From contig CAWHAE010000010.1 in assembly GCA_963827235.1 (NCBI GenBank), positions 512,001 through 576,000 on the forward strand: a stretch of DNA of 64,000 bases. Direction: 5' to 3'. A model generated the notes under the pieces. The model did not search any database, was not told where the DNA came from, and was given only the letters and a program-made list of their open reading frames with translations. A program made the translations under genes and the position numbers. This document shows positions 50,701 to 59,719 of the stretch, one piece after another (position 1 is the stretch's first letter; the number at the start of each line of letters is the position of its first letter). Source of the stretch: an uncultured bacterium (GTDB lineage: Bacteria; Chloroflexota; UBA5177; JANWHV01).

Positions 50701-53700
50701 CTAGCCCGCGGATAGAGGTAGCTTGAGACAGAAGACACTGCCACCGTCGCCGGTAGACTCCAGCACGAGATCGCCGCTCATGGCCCGAGCAAGGGCGCGC
50801 GCCAGGTAGAGGCCCAGTCCCGTTCCCGAGCGACCTTCGCGGGCTGGGGTGCCGGGCACCCGCCCGAAGTAGGTGAACAGCGCCGCGCGCCCTGCTTCCG
50901 GTATGCCTCTGCCATAGTCGCGCACGCTGATCACCGCCTCGTCGCCGGCACGAGCCCAGCACACGTCGACGGCGGAGCCCTCAGCGGAGTACTTGACCGC
51001 GTTGTCAAGCAGATTCACCAGGATCTGAAGCATGCGATCGGGGTCAGCCTTGACATGCAGGCTCCGGGCGCCCGCGGCACGAATTGCCTGGTTGCGGTAG
51101 CTTGAGCGCACCTCATCCGCAGCCCGCTCGACCTGATCCGCGATACATACCACCTGGGCAGCCGGCGCCAGCGCGCCCATCTCGAGCCTGCTCAGCAGCA
51201 GCAGGTCGTTGGCAAGACGCAGCTGGCGATTAGCTGCCACGACGATGCGACGCACCAGGGCAGGCCGCCGCGCCTCGTCAAGCTGATCCCAGCGCGCCTC
51301 GAGCACCTCCGCGTAACCGATAATGGCGGTGAGGGGAGTGCGAAGCTCATGGCTCACATTGGCCACGAAGCTGCTGCGCAACCGTGCCAGGTCTTCCGCG
51401 GCCGCGGCCTGCGCCTGGCTCCGTTCGACAAGCTCGGTCTTCAGGCGATCGGTCTCGGCCAGGCGGCGGTTCAGCTCGGCGAGGCGCTCCGCCGTGGCGC
51501 GATACACCGCCGAGGTGATACGCTCCCGTTCCAGCGCTTCCTCCGTCGCCTCTGCCTGTCTATTGCGAACGACACGGAACGGCACGTCCAGCGGCCGGCC
51601 CCAGCATCCGCCCCAGTTGCACGCTGCCACGTGAAAGACATACGTACCCGGCCGCAGATTGGTGTAGCGCCTCGTGCGCTCGGCGGAGGGTGTCGACCAC
51701 CCGGATTCGAGGCCCTCGAGCCGGGCGCGATACAACAGTTGCCGTGGTGCCGTGAAGTCCACCGCTCCATAGTCGAGCTGGAGTTCGTACTCGCTATCCT
51801 GAAGCTCCATGCCGGACACGACATTCCTGGCCTCGCCCATCACGCGAAAGCCGGTCAGATGCACCTCAGGCGGCGGCACGTCCTGGGGAATCCGGCTTGC
51901 ATCCACGATCGCAACTCCCCTGGCAGTGCCAATCCACAGGCGGCCACGGTTGTCGAGACGGGCCGCGCCCTGGTCACACTCGTCATGGGGCAAGCCCATG
52001 CTACGGTCAATGACCACGCACTGGTTGGTGCACGGCGTGAAACGGGCCACGCCGCGTCCGGTGCCGAGCCACAAGTAGCCCTGCCGGTCAAAACGGCAGG
52101 TGTACGCCATCGTGCTGCGCAGCCCGACTGCCGAGCCGATTGACCGCACAATGACACAGCGCACGGGATCGAATTGCACCACTCCAGCACCACCCGTGCA
52201 AACCCAGATCATTCCCTCCGCGTCGCAGGTGATATCCATGATCGCGTGTGACGGCGCCTGGTCGGTCACTGTGCCTTTGTACAGAATATTCCCGCTGCCG
52301 CCGACGCACACGAGGTGACCCGTGGCGGTGCCGGCCCACACTCGGCCCAACCGATCGGTTCCCACTGCCGGCACGCACACGTCGGGCAGGCCATCGCCGA
52401 TGCCGATTTGAAGTGCCACGGTCCTGGTGCGCAGGTCGACGCAGAACAGGCCGTCTCGCGAGCTGCCTGCCCATAGCCGAACGGCGTCGGAGACGGACAG
52501 TGCCAGGATGTTGACACCGCGCTCGGCGAGAAGATGGGCACGAGGCGCGCCGGTCCGCGCGTCGAGGCAGAAGAGACCGTTCCGGCGGCTGCCGACCCAG
52601 AGCATGCCGTCCGCATCCTTCCTCACGACCAGGACGGGTCTATCGCGAAGTTCCTGCGGTAGCTGCGCAAGCTCGACCACACGCTCGTCCTGGTCGAGAA
52701 CGACCATGCCGTCGTCCGTGCCGAGCCAGGTTCGGCCGTGGCCGTCCTCTTCGACAGTCCATGTGATCGCTTGCCGCGCGGTTTGCAACTCCGGAACGTG
52801 CACGAGGGCCTGCGTACCGGAGAGAACGGCCAGACCGCATCCTGTAGCGGCCCACACGCGCTCGTCCCGGTCGCGGTAGAGGGCCAGGATCGTCGGTGAG
52901 GCCAGACCGTCCTCGGTGCTCAGCCGATCAGCGAGCCGATCGTGAGCGAACACCCAGACCCCGCGCGCCGACCCGACCCAGAGGCGTCCCCCGGCATCCG
53001 TGCACATCGCGGCAATTGGATCGCCACACGAATAGATGGGACGCCATCGCACACCGCCGGAATCCGGCGCCTCCGCGCACAGCAGGTTGCCGTTACGCAT
53101 GCCCACCCACACACGGTCCTCCGCGTCACAGTGGAGGTGTTGCACGGCGCCCGCGGCGGCAGTCTGGTCACCAGTGCCGCACGGAAGGATGCTGTCGCCC
53201 ACGGCGAGCGCCAGCCCGCGCTCGGTGCCAATCCACATGCGCCCGGCAACATCCTGGCGGAGGGCGTTCACCCGTGCAGCGGGAAGGCCGTCTCGCTCTG
53301 TCAGGCAACGCGTGACTGTGCCTCGCTCGATGAGGGCTATGCCACCCTGCGTGCCCACCCAAAGGCGGCCCTCCCGGTCAACGCACTGGGTATACACGCA
53401 TTCGCCCGGCAATCCATGCACCTGCGTCAATACGCGGCACAGCCGTGGCCCGGTGATGCCCAGCTTGATCTCGGCCAGGCCGGCGCCGTGGGTCCCGATC
53501 CAGAGCGTGGATGGATCGCTGAGGCAGAGACAGTTGATCACACTAGAGTCGAGTGAGCAGAGCGCGGGCGGTGTATCGCAGAACTGGCCGTCGAACAGTC
53601 GCACTCCGTTCTGGGTACCGATCCAGAGGTAGCCGCGTCCATCCTGAATCAACGCTGTCGCCGGAAGGGCAGGGAGCTGATGCGGATCGTGGGATTCCAC

Positions 53701-53784
53701 GAACTCCAAGGGGTCGACGAAGAGGCTCACGCGGCCGACCTGAACGGATCTCAGGACGGTCGGGGGGACGATGGTATACGTCAA
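50701..53784 (-). CDS. sensor histidine kinase: 14 Reg_prop-type blades + Y_Y_Y + HisKA + HATPase, no signal peptide or TM helix
   Basis: Fourteen D..G.LW.G-type repeats; YRARLEG..YTNLRPGTYVFHV; SHELRTPL; NLLDNAVKYS; GTGLGL. Confidence 0.85.
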   Translation of the reverse strand: MTYTIVPPTVLRSVQVGRVSLFVDPLEFVESHDPHQLPALPATALIQDGRGYLWIGTQNGVRLFDGQFCDTPPALCSLDSSVINCLCLSDPSTLWIGTHGAGLAEIKLGITGPRLCRVLTQVHGLPGECVYTQCVDREGRLWVGTQGGIALIERGTVTRCLTERDGLPAARVNALRQDVAGRMWIGTERGLALAVGDSILPCGTGDQTAAAGAVQHLHCDAEDRVWVGMRNGNLLCAEAPDSGGVRWRPIYSCGDPIAAMCTDAGGRLWVGSARGVWVFAHDRLADRLSTEDGLASPTILALYRDRDERVWAATGCGLAVLSGTQALVHVPELQTARQAITWTVEEDGHGRTWLGTDDGMVVLDQDERVVELAQLPQELRDRPVLVVRKDADGMLWVGSRRNGLFCLDARTGAPRAHLLAERGVNILALSVSDAVRLWAGSSRDGLFCVDLRTRTVALQIGIGDGLPDVCVPAVGTDRLGRVWAGTATGHLVCVGGSGNILYKGTVTDQAPSHAIMDITCDAEGMIWVCTGGAGVVQFDPVRCVIVRSIGSAVGLRSTMAYTCRFDRQGYLWLGTGRGVARFTPCTNQCVVIDRSMGLPHDECDQGAARLDNRGRLWIGTARGVAIVDASRIPQDVPPPEVHLTGFRVMGEARNVVSGMELQDSEYELQLDYGAVDFTAPRQLLYRARLEGLESGWSTPSAERTRRYTNLRPGTYVFHVAACNWGGCWGRPLDVPFRVVRNRQAEATEEALERERITSAVYRATAERLAELNRRLAETDRLKTELVERSQAQAAAAEDLARLRSSFVANVSHELRTPLTAIIGYAEVLEARWDQLDEARRPALVRRIVVAANRQLRLANDLLLLSRLEMGALAPAAQVVCIADQVERAADEVRSSYRNQAIRAAGARSLHVKADPDRMLQILVNLLDNAVKYSAEGSAVDVCWARAGDEAVISVRDYGRGIPEAGRAALFTYFGRVPGTPAREGRSGTGLGLYLARALARAMSGDLVLESTGDGGSVFCLKLPLSAG

Positions 53785-54085
53785 GGCAGCCTATCCTGTA
53801 CCTACACGCGCGGGAGCCCCCCTAAATATAGTCGTTGTTCGGTGCCCTCACCATCCCCTGCTCGGGATGTGCATCCCGATCTGATGGATGTACAGGAGAT
53901 AACGCGAGTCTGCAGGCAATGGTGTGGAAAAGGCGTATTCGGTGGCCATCAGCGCGGCGGAGCAGAAGGCTGATCTCGCTACCGCCAAACATGGTAGTGC
54001 GATCACGGCCGGCAGTACCCATGGGTCAACGCCGGTCCTATGTTGACATTGACGGAGCGGCTCGGCTGCCTCACCTGACCACCGC

Positions 54086-54757
54086 CTAGCGAGGGTCGCC
54101 GGCGGAGAGTCCAGCCAACATGGCTTTCAGACCGAGCTCATACTGTTCGTCCGGGCGGTATCCCGCGTTGAAGGCGGCGGCAAGCAGGGGAAACGCGGTG
54201 TCGGATTCGCCTTCACCGAGCGACGTGGCCGTGGTCTCGCCGCCGACCGGCCGGCCGACTTCCGCCAGCACGTGGCCGATCGTGTACACGCTGAGGCACG
54301 TAATCGTATCCAGCGCTCGCGACGCCGTGAAGCCCGCCTTCACCAAGAGCTCGAGAGCGCGCTCGACCAGGCCGTAGGTGGTGCCGTGCGCAGGCGGCCT
54401 GGTAGCGAGGATGGGCAAGGCATTGGGATGGCGCCGAAGCGCCTGGCGCAGAGCGCGCATGGAGCCGGCCGCGAGCTGTGGCCAGGCCTTGCTCGAATCG
54501 AGCTCCGGGGCCTCCACCTCCCCATAGATGGTCTCTACGATGGCGTCAAACAGGGCAGCTTTGCCGGGAATGTAGTAGTAGATGGCCATCGAATCGACGC
54601 CGAGCGCGGCGCCAAGGCCGCGCATCGACAGTGCTTCCACTCCCTGGTCGTCCACGAGACGCATGGCGGTCCGCACGATCTCCTCGCGGCTCAGCGGAGG
54701 CCGTGGCGTGCGCCGTCGGGTCGCGCTCGCTGCGTGCCGCCTGGGCTGTGCGGTCAT
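54086..54757 (-). CDS. TetR family regulator (TetR-class C-terminal domain)
   Basis: LSREEIV..LSMRGLGAALGVDSMAIYYY..K HTH. Confidence 0.9.
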   Translation of the reverse strand: MTAQPRRHAASATRRRTPRPPLSREEIVRTAMRLVDDQGVEALSMRGLGAALGVDSMAIYYYIPGKAALFDAIVETIYGEVEAPELDSSKAWPQLAAGSMRALRQALRRHPNALPILATRPPAHGTTYGLVERALELLVKAGFTASRALDTITCLSVYTIGHVLAEVGRPVGGETTATSLGEGESDTAFPLLAAAFNAGYRPDEQYELGLKAMLAGLSAGDPR

Positions 54758-55527
54758 GTGGTTCCAGCTTTCGGATCGGCCGGCTTGAAGCGAAACGCGG
54801 CCACGGCGGCGAAGAGCGCCGAAAAGACCAGCAGCATGGCCGTCGGGCCTGCCACCTGCGCAAGCCCGGCATGTTTCAAGGATATATCGCTCAGGCCGCG
54901 CATGGCCCAGTAGGTGGGCGTGCCGTGTGCGAGATACTGAGCCCAAGCCGGCAGTGTCGTCGCCGGGGCAAACGCGCCGCCCAGCCCGGACATGACGATG
55001 CCACCCAGGTTTCCTACCACCAGAGCCTGATCCATGGTGGCGAAGAGAGCCACAAGCATCACGCCGAATGAGACCAGCGTGGCAACCAGAGCAGCCGTCA
55101 GCAAGGCCAGCGCGGCGGGCGAGCCGTTGGGCTGATAGCCGTAGAACAGGCGCCCGGCCGCGAACACGGCAGCCATCTGGCCCATTAGGCAGACGTACAG
55201 GGGAGCGACCTTACCGATCACCAGCTCGAATGTGCTGGCGGAGCTTGCCCTCAATCGGTCCCATGTACCCCACGCGTGCTCGCGGTAGAAGAGGGTACCG
55301 ACCAGTGTAGTGCTCATGAAGGCAAACATCACGGCCAGGCCCGGCACGAGCTGTTCCGCGCCGGATGCCTGAGCAAATCCAGCGGCGCGGAGCTGCGCGC
55401 GCGCAGATGGCATGAGAAAGGCGATCATCACTATGGGCATCAAAACAGTGACCAGCATTGGCGCTGGATCGGAGGCCAGCAAGCGCATGCCGCACCAGGC
55501 GACCGCGAGGCTACGCCGCGACGGCAT
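54754..55527 (-). CDS. ABC-2 exporter permease
   Basis: YREHAWGTWDRLRAS, GGAFAP, TPTYWAM. Confidence 0.85.
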   Translation of the reverse strand: MPSRRSLAVAWCGMRLLASDPAPMLVTVLMPIVMIAFLMPSARAQLRAAGFAQASGAEQLVPGLAVMFAFMSTTLVGTLFYREHAWGTWDRLRASSASTFELVIGKVAPLYVCLMGQMAAVFAAGRLFYGYQPNGSPAALALLTAALVATLVSFGVMLVALFATMDQALVVGNLGGIVMSGLGGAFAPATTLPAWAQYLAHGTPTYWAMRGLSDISLKHAGLAQVAGPTAMLLVFSALFAAVAAFRFKPADPKAGTT

Positions 55528-56434
55528 TGGAGTCTTCTCCATCGCCGCGGCCGGTAAGGGCCAGATAGGCACGCTCCAGGCTCGGACGGCTGATATCTAC
55601 GTTTGTGAGCCGTGCGGCGCCGGTTCCCAGCCCGGCCAGCGCCCGAGCTATTGCCTCGGCCGGATCCGGCACCGCGGTTTCCAGCACCAGTGACGAGCCC
55701 CGTGCTTCCCAGCCGGCGAGCGCAGGCGGCACGCCGTCGAAATGCAGGGTGACCGACGTGGAAGCAAATCGGGCAACCAGCTCGTCCAGAGGGCCCGCGG
55801 CGACGATTCGACCCGCGTGAAGCACGGCGACGTCTGCTCGAAGCTGATCGAGCTCTGTCAGGTAGTGCGTCGTGTAGACGATCGCGGCACCGTCACGCGC
55901 CAGACAGCGCACCACGTCGAGAATGCCGGCCCGAGATTGTACATCCGCGCCGACTGTCGGCTCGTCCAGGAATAGCACTGCCGGCCGGTGGAGCACTGCC
56001 AGGGCCGTATGCAGGCGCCGTTTCTGGCCGCCGGAGAGCTCACCGGCCTTTCGCGACAGCATGCCGGTCAGTTCGAGCTCCTGAGCGACCTCGGACACAC
56101 GGGTACGTGCCGCCGCGCCGGCCAGGCCGGCCAGCCTGGCGAAGAACCGCAGGTTCTCGGCGGTTGTCAAGGTCGGGTAGATGCCGAGCTCCTGCGGTGC
56201 CAGGCCGATGTGCTGCTGCGCCTGCCGGGTCCGGTGACTGATGTCGAGGCCGCAGACCCTCACCGAGCCGCTCGTGGCGGGCCGCAGCCCGGCCGCAATA
56301 GAGATGAGCGTCGTCTTGCCGGCACCGTTGGAGCCCACCAAGCCAAGGATCTGCCCCGGCCGCACCGTGAGGTCCACGCCGCGCAGCACGGTGTGCTCGG
56401 CGTACGCCTTGTGCAGGCCAATCACTTCAAGCAT
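55511..56434 (-). CDS. ABC exporter ATP-binding subunit
   Basis: GSNGAGKTT, LSGGQKRR, LDEPTVGAD, TTHY. Confidence 0.9.
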   Translation of the reverse strand: MLEVIGLHKAYAEHTVLRGVDLTVRPGQILGLVGSNGAGKTTLISIAAGLRPATSGSVRVCGLDISHRTRQAQQHIGLAPQELGIYPTLTTAENLRFFARLAGLAGAAARTRVSEVAQELELTGMLSRKAGELSGGQKRRLHTALAVLHRPAVLFLDEPTVGADVQSRAGILDVVRCLARDGAAIVYTTHYLTELDQLRADVAVLHAGRIVAAGPLDELVARFASTSVTLHFDGVPPALAGWEARGSSLVLETAVPDPAEAIARALAGLGTGAARLTNVDISRPSLERAYLALTGRGDGEDSNAVAA

Positions 56435-56448
56435 CGCGCATCCTCTGT

Positions 56449-56505
56449 TCTTCGGTGTAGAATAGTTCTACGATGAAGAATAGATCTACGATGTAGACTT
56501 GTCAA
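56449..56505 (-). promoter_or_regulatory. sigma-70 promoter overlapped by three TetR-type operators
   Basis: Minus-strand TTGACA (56505-56500)-N17-TATTCT; boxes TCTTCGGTGTAGA, TCTACGATGAAGA, TCTACGATGTAGA at 56449, 56467, 56485 (18-bp period). Confidence 0.75.
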
Positions 56506-56562
56506 CGGGCCGTGCCATTACAGCCAGTCAGCTATTTGGCTATTCTTGACCGTCCAGATCCC

Positions 56563-56587
56563 TCAAGATTGTCCAGGTTGTGCCGAT
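56563..56587 (+). promoter_or_regulatory. sigma-28 (FliA/SigD)-like promoter of the MCP gene
   Basis: TCAAG-N14-GCCGAT upstream of a chemoreceptor gene. Confidence 0.55.
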
Positions 56588-56657
56588 TGTCAACCGTAGA
56601 CGCACGCGACCATCGCGTGCGCGGCCCGTGCAGGCATCAGCGCGGGCGGCGGTCGGC

Positions 56658-56699
56658 ACGGGCTCGGCCCCGTTCAGCGTGGAACGGGGCCGAGCCCGT
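56658..56699. repeat. perfect 18-bp inverted repeat in the MCP leader
   Basis: ACGGGCTCGGCCCCGTTC-AGCGTG-GAACGGGGCCGAGCCCGT. Confidence 0.9.
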
Positions 56700-56751
56700 A
56701 GTCGCAGTCTCGCCGCAGCATGCCACCTTACGGAAAGGCAGAAATGCGACC

Positions 56752-58821
56752 ATGGCCTGGTACCGGAATCTCCGCCTGACTCCCAAACTGATCTGCAGCT
56801 GTGCCTTGATCGCCGTACTTGCCGTCGCCACTGGCGCAATAGGGCTAGCCGGGCTGCACTCGGTGAGCAACCAAGTGACCATGATGACCAAGACCAACAC
56901 ACCGGCGTTTGTCAACGTGACCACTGCCGAGGGCGACCTCAATGCGGCTATCCGCAACACACAGTCGGCGCTTCTTTCCCCCGATCGCGCCAGGGCAGCG
57001 CAATTCGTCGTTAGCGCGCGAGCAGCCCGCGACGACGTACTGGCCCAGACCCAGCAGTTTCAAGCGCTCCCCGACATCAACCCGCAGGGAATCGCCGCCG
57101 GCAAACAATGGCTCGTACTCGACCAGGCGTGGATGCCGCTCAACGCGCAAATCGAGCAGGATGCCCGGCTGCACACACCTTCGTCGATTCAAGCGGGACT
57201 GAACCTGAGCGTGGGCGCAGAGGCGAAGGCCGCTGCGGCGCTGACCCAGATCTTGACGGTATTGCGGGGAGCCGGCGACACGGCCGTCGCGGACTCATCC
57301 TCGCAGTCCAACGCAGCTCTCAATTCGGCAACGGTCGAGCTGGTCGCGATGATGGTGGCGGCAATTGTGATGGCCGTCGGCCTGGGCTGGTTCATCGCCC
57401 GCTCCCTTGCGCGGCCTCTGGGAGAACTGAAAGACACAGCCAGCGGGATCATGCAGGACGCCATGACTATTCTTCTCGGCGGCATAACCGCACTCTCCCG
57501 GAACGATCTGACGCATGCCTATCGCGTCGGCACGCTCAAGGAGCCTAGGCTCACCTATGTGGGGAAGGACGAGCTTGGGCAGGCCACCCAGGCCGTGCAG
57601 GTGGTCGTGGGACAAATCGCCAAAGCCCTCCGCGGCTATGAACAAGCTCGTGTCACGCTCGGTCAAATGGTGCATCACGTCCGGGATGCCTCGCAGCAGG
57701 TGAACAGCGCCTCACAGCAGTTAGCGCAGGCCAGCCAGCAGGTTGGAGAGGCCAGCCAGCAGATCTCGCGCTCGATCGAAGATGTCGCACGCGGCACGAG
57801 CGAGCAGAGCAAGGACAGCGCGTCGGCGATCATGCAGATGGCGAGCCTGAGCACTGCCGTGCAGCAGGTGGCCGGCGGCGCGACGACGCAGAGCGAAGCC
57901 GTGGGCCAGGCCAATGCAGCAGTCAGGCAGCTGCGGGATGCCCTGGAGGATACGTCCCGGAGTGTGCAGGCCGTGACGAGCGCGGCTGGGCGGGCAGCGG
58001 GCACGGCCAAGAGCGGCGGCAGGGCGGTGGCGCAGACCATCAGCAGCATCGACAGCGTGCGCGCAGCCGTGCAGCATAGCGCCGATCAGGTGACGGCGCT
58101 GGGCAAGCAGAGCCAGGAGATCGGGCAGATCGTGGAGGCGATCGACGACATCGCGGCCCAAACCAACCTGCTGGCCCTGAACGCGGCGATCGAGGCAGCG
58201 CGGGCGGGAGAGCATGGGAAAGGCTTCACCGTGGTGGCGGCCGAGGTGCGCAAGCTGGCGGAGCGGAGCAGCAACGAGACCAAGGAGATCACGCAGCGCA
58301 TCGCCGCTATCCAGCAGCAGGTGGCCGAAGTAGTGCGGGCCATGGCCGCGGGCAGCAACGAGGTAGAGAAAAGCGCGATGCTGGGCCAGCAGGCAAGCGA
58401 GGCGCTGACTGGGATACTGGGTGTTGTCGAGGAGACCAACGCCCAGGCATCGAGCATCACGGGCGCCGTCGGGCGGATGACGACCAGCCTGGCCGCGCTG
58501 AGCACGGCGGCCGAGCGGGTGGCGACGATAGCGACCGAAACGGCGCATGCGGCCGGTGAGATGCAACACGGTGCGACAGAGGTCCAGACCGCCATGGAGA
58601 GCATTGCTGCCGTGAGCGAGCAGGCGGCAGCCGGCGCCGAGGAAGTGAGTGCCTCGACGGAGGAGCAGACGGCCAGCGTGGAGGAGATGAACGCCGGCGC
58701 TCAGGAGTTGGCGGCGCTCGCTACCGGTCTGCAGGAACTGGTGGCGCAGTTTACGGTGGAGATGACAACCTCGGTTCAAGCAGGTACAGCGAACCAGGTC
58801 CGACCCATGCGCGTGGCCTGA
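56752..58821 (+). CDS. methyl-accepting chemotaxis protein (TM-4HB sensor-TM-HAMP-signalling domain)
   Basis: [38 protein letters not shown] hairpin tip; two TM segments. Confidence 0.93.
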   Translation: MAWYRNLRLTPKLICSCALIAVLAVATGAIGLAGLHSVSNQVTMMTKTNTPAFVNVTTAEGDLNAAIRNTQSALLSPDRARAAQFVVSARAARDDVLAQTQQFQALPDINPQGIAAGKQWLVLDQAWMPLNAQIEQDARLHTPSSIQAGLNLSVGAEAKAAAALTQILTVLRGAGDTAVADSSSQSNAALNSATVELVAMMVAAIVMAVGLGWFIARSLARPLGELKDTASGIMQDAMTILLGGITALSRNDLTHAYRVGTLKEPRLTYVGKDELGQATQAVQVVVGQIAKALRGYEQARVTLGQMVHHVRDASQQVNSASQQLAQASQQVGEASQQISRSIEDVARGTSEQSKDSASAIMQMASLSTAVQQVAGGATTQSEAVGQANAAVRQLRDALEDTSRSVQAVTSAAGRAAGTAKSGGRAVAQTISSIDSVRAAVQHSADQVTALGKQSQEIGQIVEAIDDIAAQTNLLALNAAIEAARAGEHGKGFTVVAAEVRKLAERSSNETKEITQRIAAIQQQVAEVVRAMAAGSNEVEKSAMLGQQASEALTGILGVVEETNAQASSITGAVGRMTTSLAALSTAAERVATIATETAHAAGEMQHGATEVQTAMESIAAVSEQAAAGAEEVSASTEEQTASVEEMNAGAQELAALATGLQELVAQFTVEMTTSVQAGTANQVRPMRVA

Positions 58822-58833
58822 CGAAGAGGACGG

Positions 58834-58855
58834 CGAGGGAATGCCGGTTCCCTCG
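58834..58855 (+). terminator. stem-loop after the MCP stop
   Basis: CGAGGGAA-TGCCGG-TTCCCTCG; no clear U-tract follows. Confidence 0.4.
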
Positions 58856-58889
58856 GCCTCTCTGTCCGTCGAGTTCGAGACGGGAGGAT

Positions 58890-59476
58890 CGTCAACCCCG
58901 TCGACGCCGGCGAGCCGATGCCGCCCTGGACGGACAGCGCCGACACCGGCAACTACGCGCGGGAGGCAGCTGGAACGTTGCCGGCATCTGTTGCAGCCTG
59001 ACAGCAATTGAGACTGGTGTTCGCCATGGTTCGCTCACACCGGAACCGGAGTCCGGCTCTATTCCGGCGGAGCTATCAGTGACGCTCACTCCTACGCCTA
59101 TCTCAGAGTGTTCGACATGATCGGGAGCAACCCGGTGGTCGGCCCATACACGGCCCACTCGTACTGGATCTATCCGCAAAGCTGTGGCTCCAGCTACGGA
59201 CGCGCAACCGCGGACAATAGCACCTTCGTAGTCATCGGCCCCATCTTCGGCGACTGCACTAACCTGCGCGACTCATGCGCAGTGGATCAACGCTGCAACA
59301 GGATGCAACCGGTCTCCCAGCGCGGACACCTGGCTCCGGACACGTGGAACTACGTGACGTCCGACATCGGTGCCGTCGCCGCGGGCAAGACGATCGTGCG
59401 ACTGGAGGTGGGCTTCGATCGTGCGACCGCTGCCGGCGGATACCGCGGCTGTATCGACGATATCGCGACTCGGTAG
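58890..59476 (+). pseudogene. frameshifted remnant of an actinobacterial-type glycosidase-associated beta-sandwich domain
   Basis: Three frames join as DAGEPMPPWTDSAD / GGSWNVAGICCSLT / AHTG..LYSG..SYAYLRVFD..SYWIYPQ..LRDSCAVDQ..DTWNYVTSDIG..AGKTI..GGYRGCIDDI. Confidence 0.5.
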
Positions 59477-59673
59477 GTCGTGGAACGGCCGCTCGTTGGT
59501 CAAGACCCTGGCATGCAAACCTCGGACCAGTGTCTCCGCGATCCCCGAGAGCTACCAGACCAGTCTGCAGATGGACGACGGTCCCCGTAGCGGGCTGCAT
59601 AGCCGCGTAAAACGCGGTTCAGGCTAGGAGCAGTTGAGGGCCAATCGGACTGCCCGTTGCCAAGATGATGACG

Positions 59674-59697
59674 GCATACTATTATATAGGAGTATGC
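59674..59697. promoter_or_regulatory. putative TetR operator upstream of the MFS gene
   Basis: GCATACT-N10-AGTATGC inverted repeat in an AT-rich patch. Confidence 0.45.
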
Positions 59698-59719
59698 TAT
59701 GAAATAGGAGTTCACTGTC

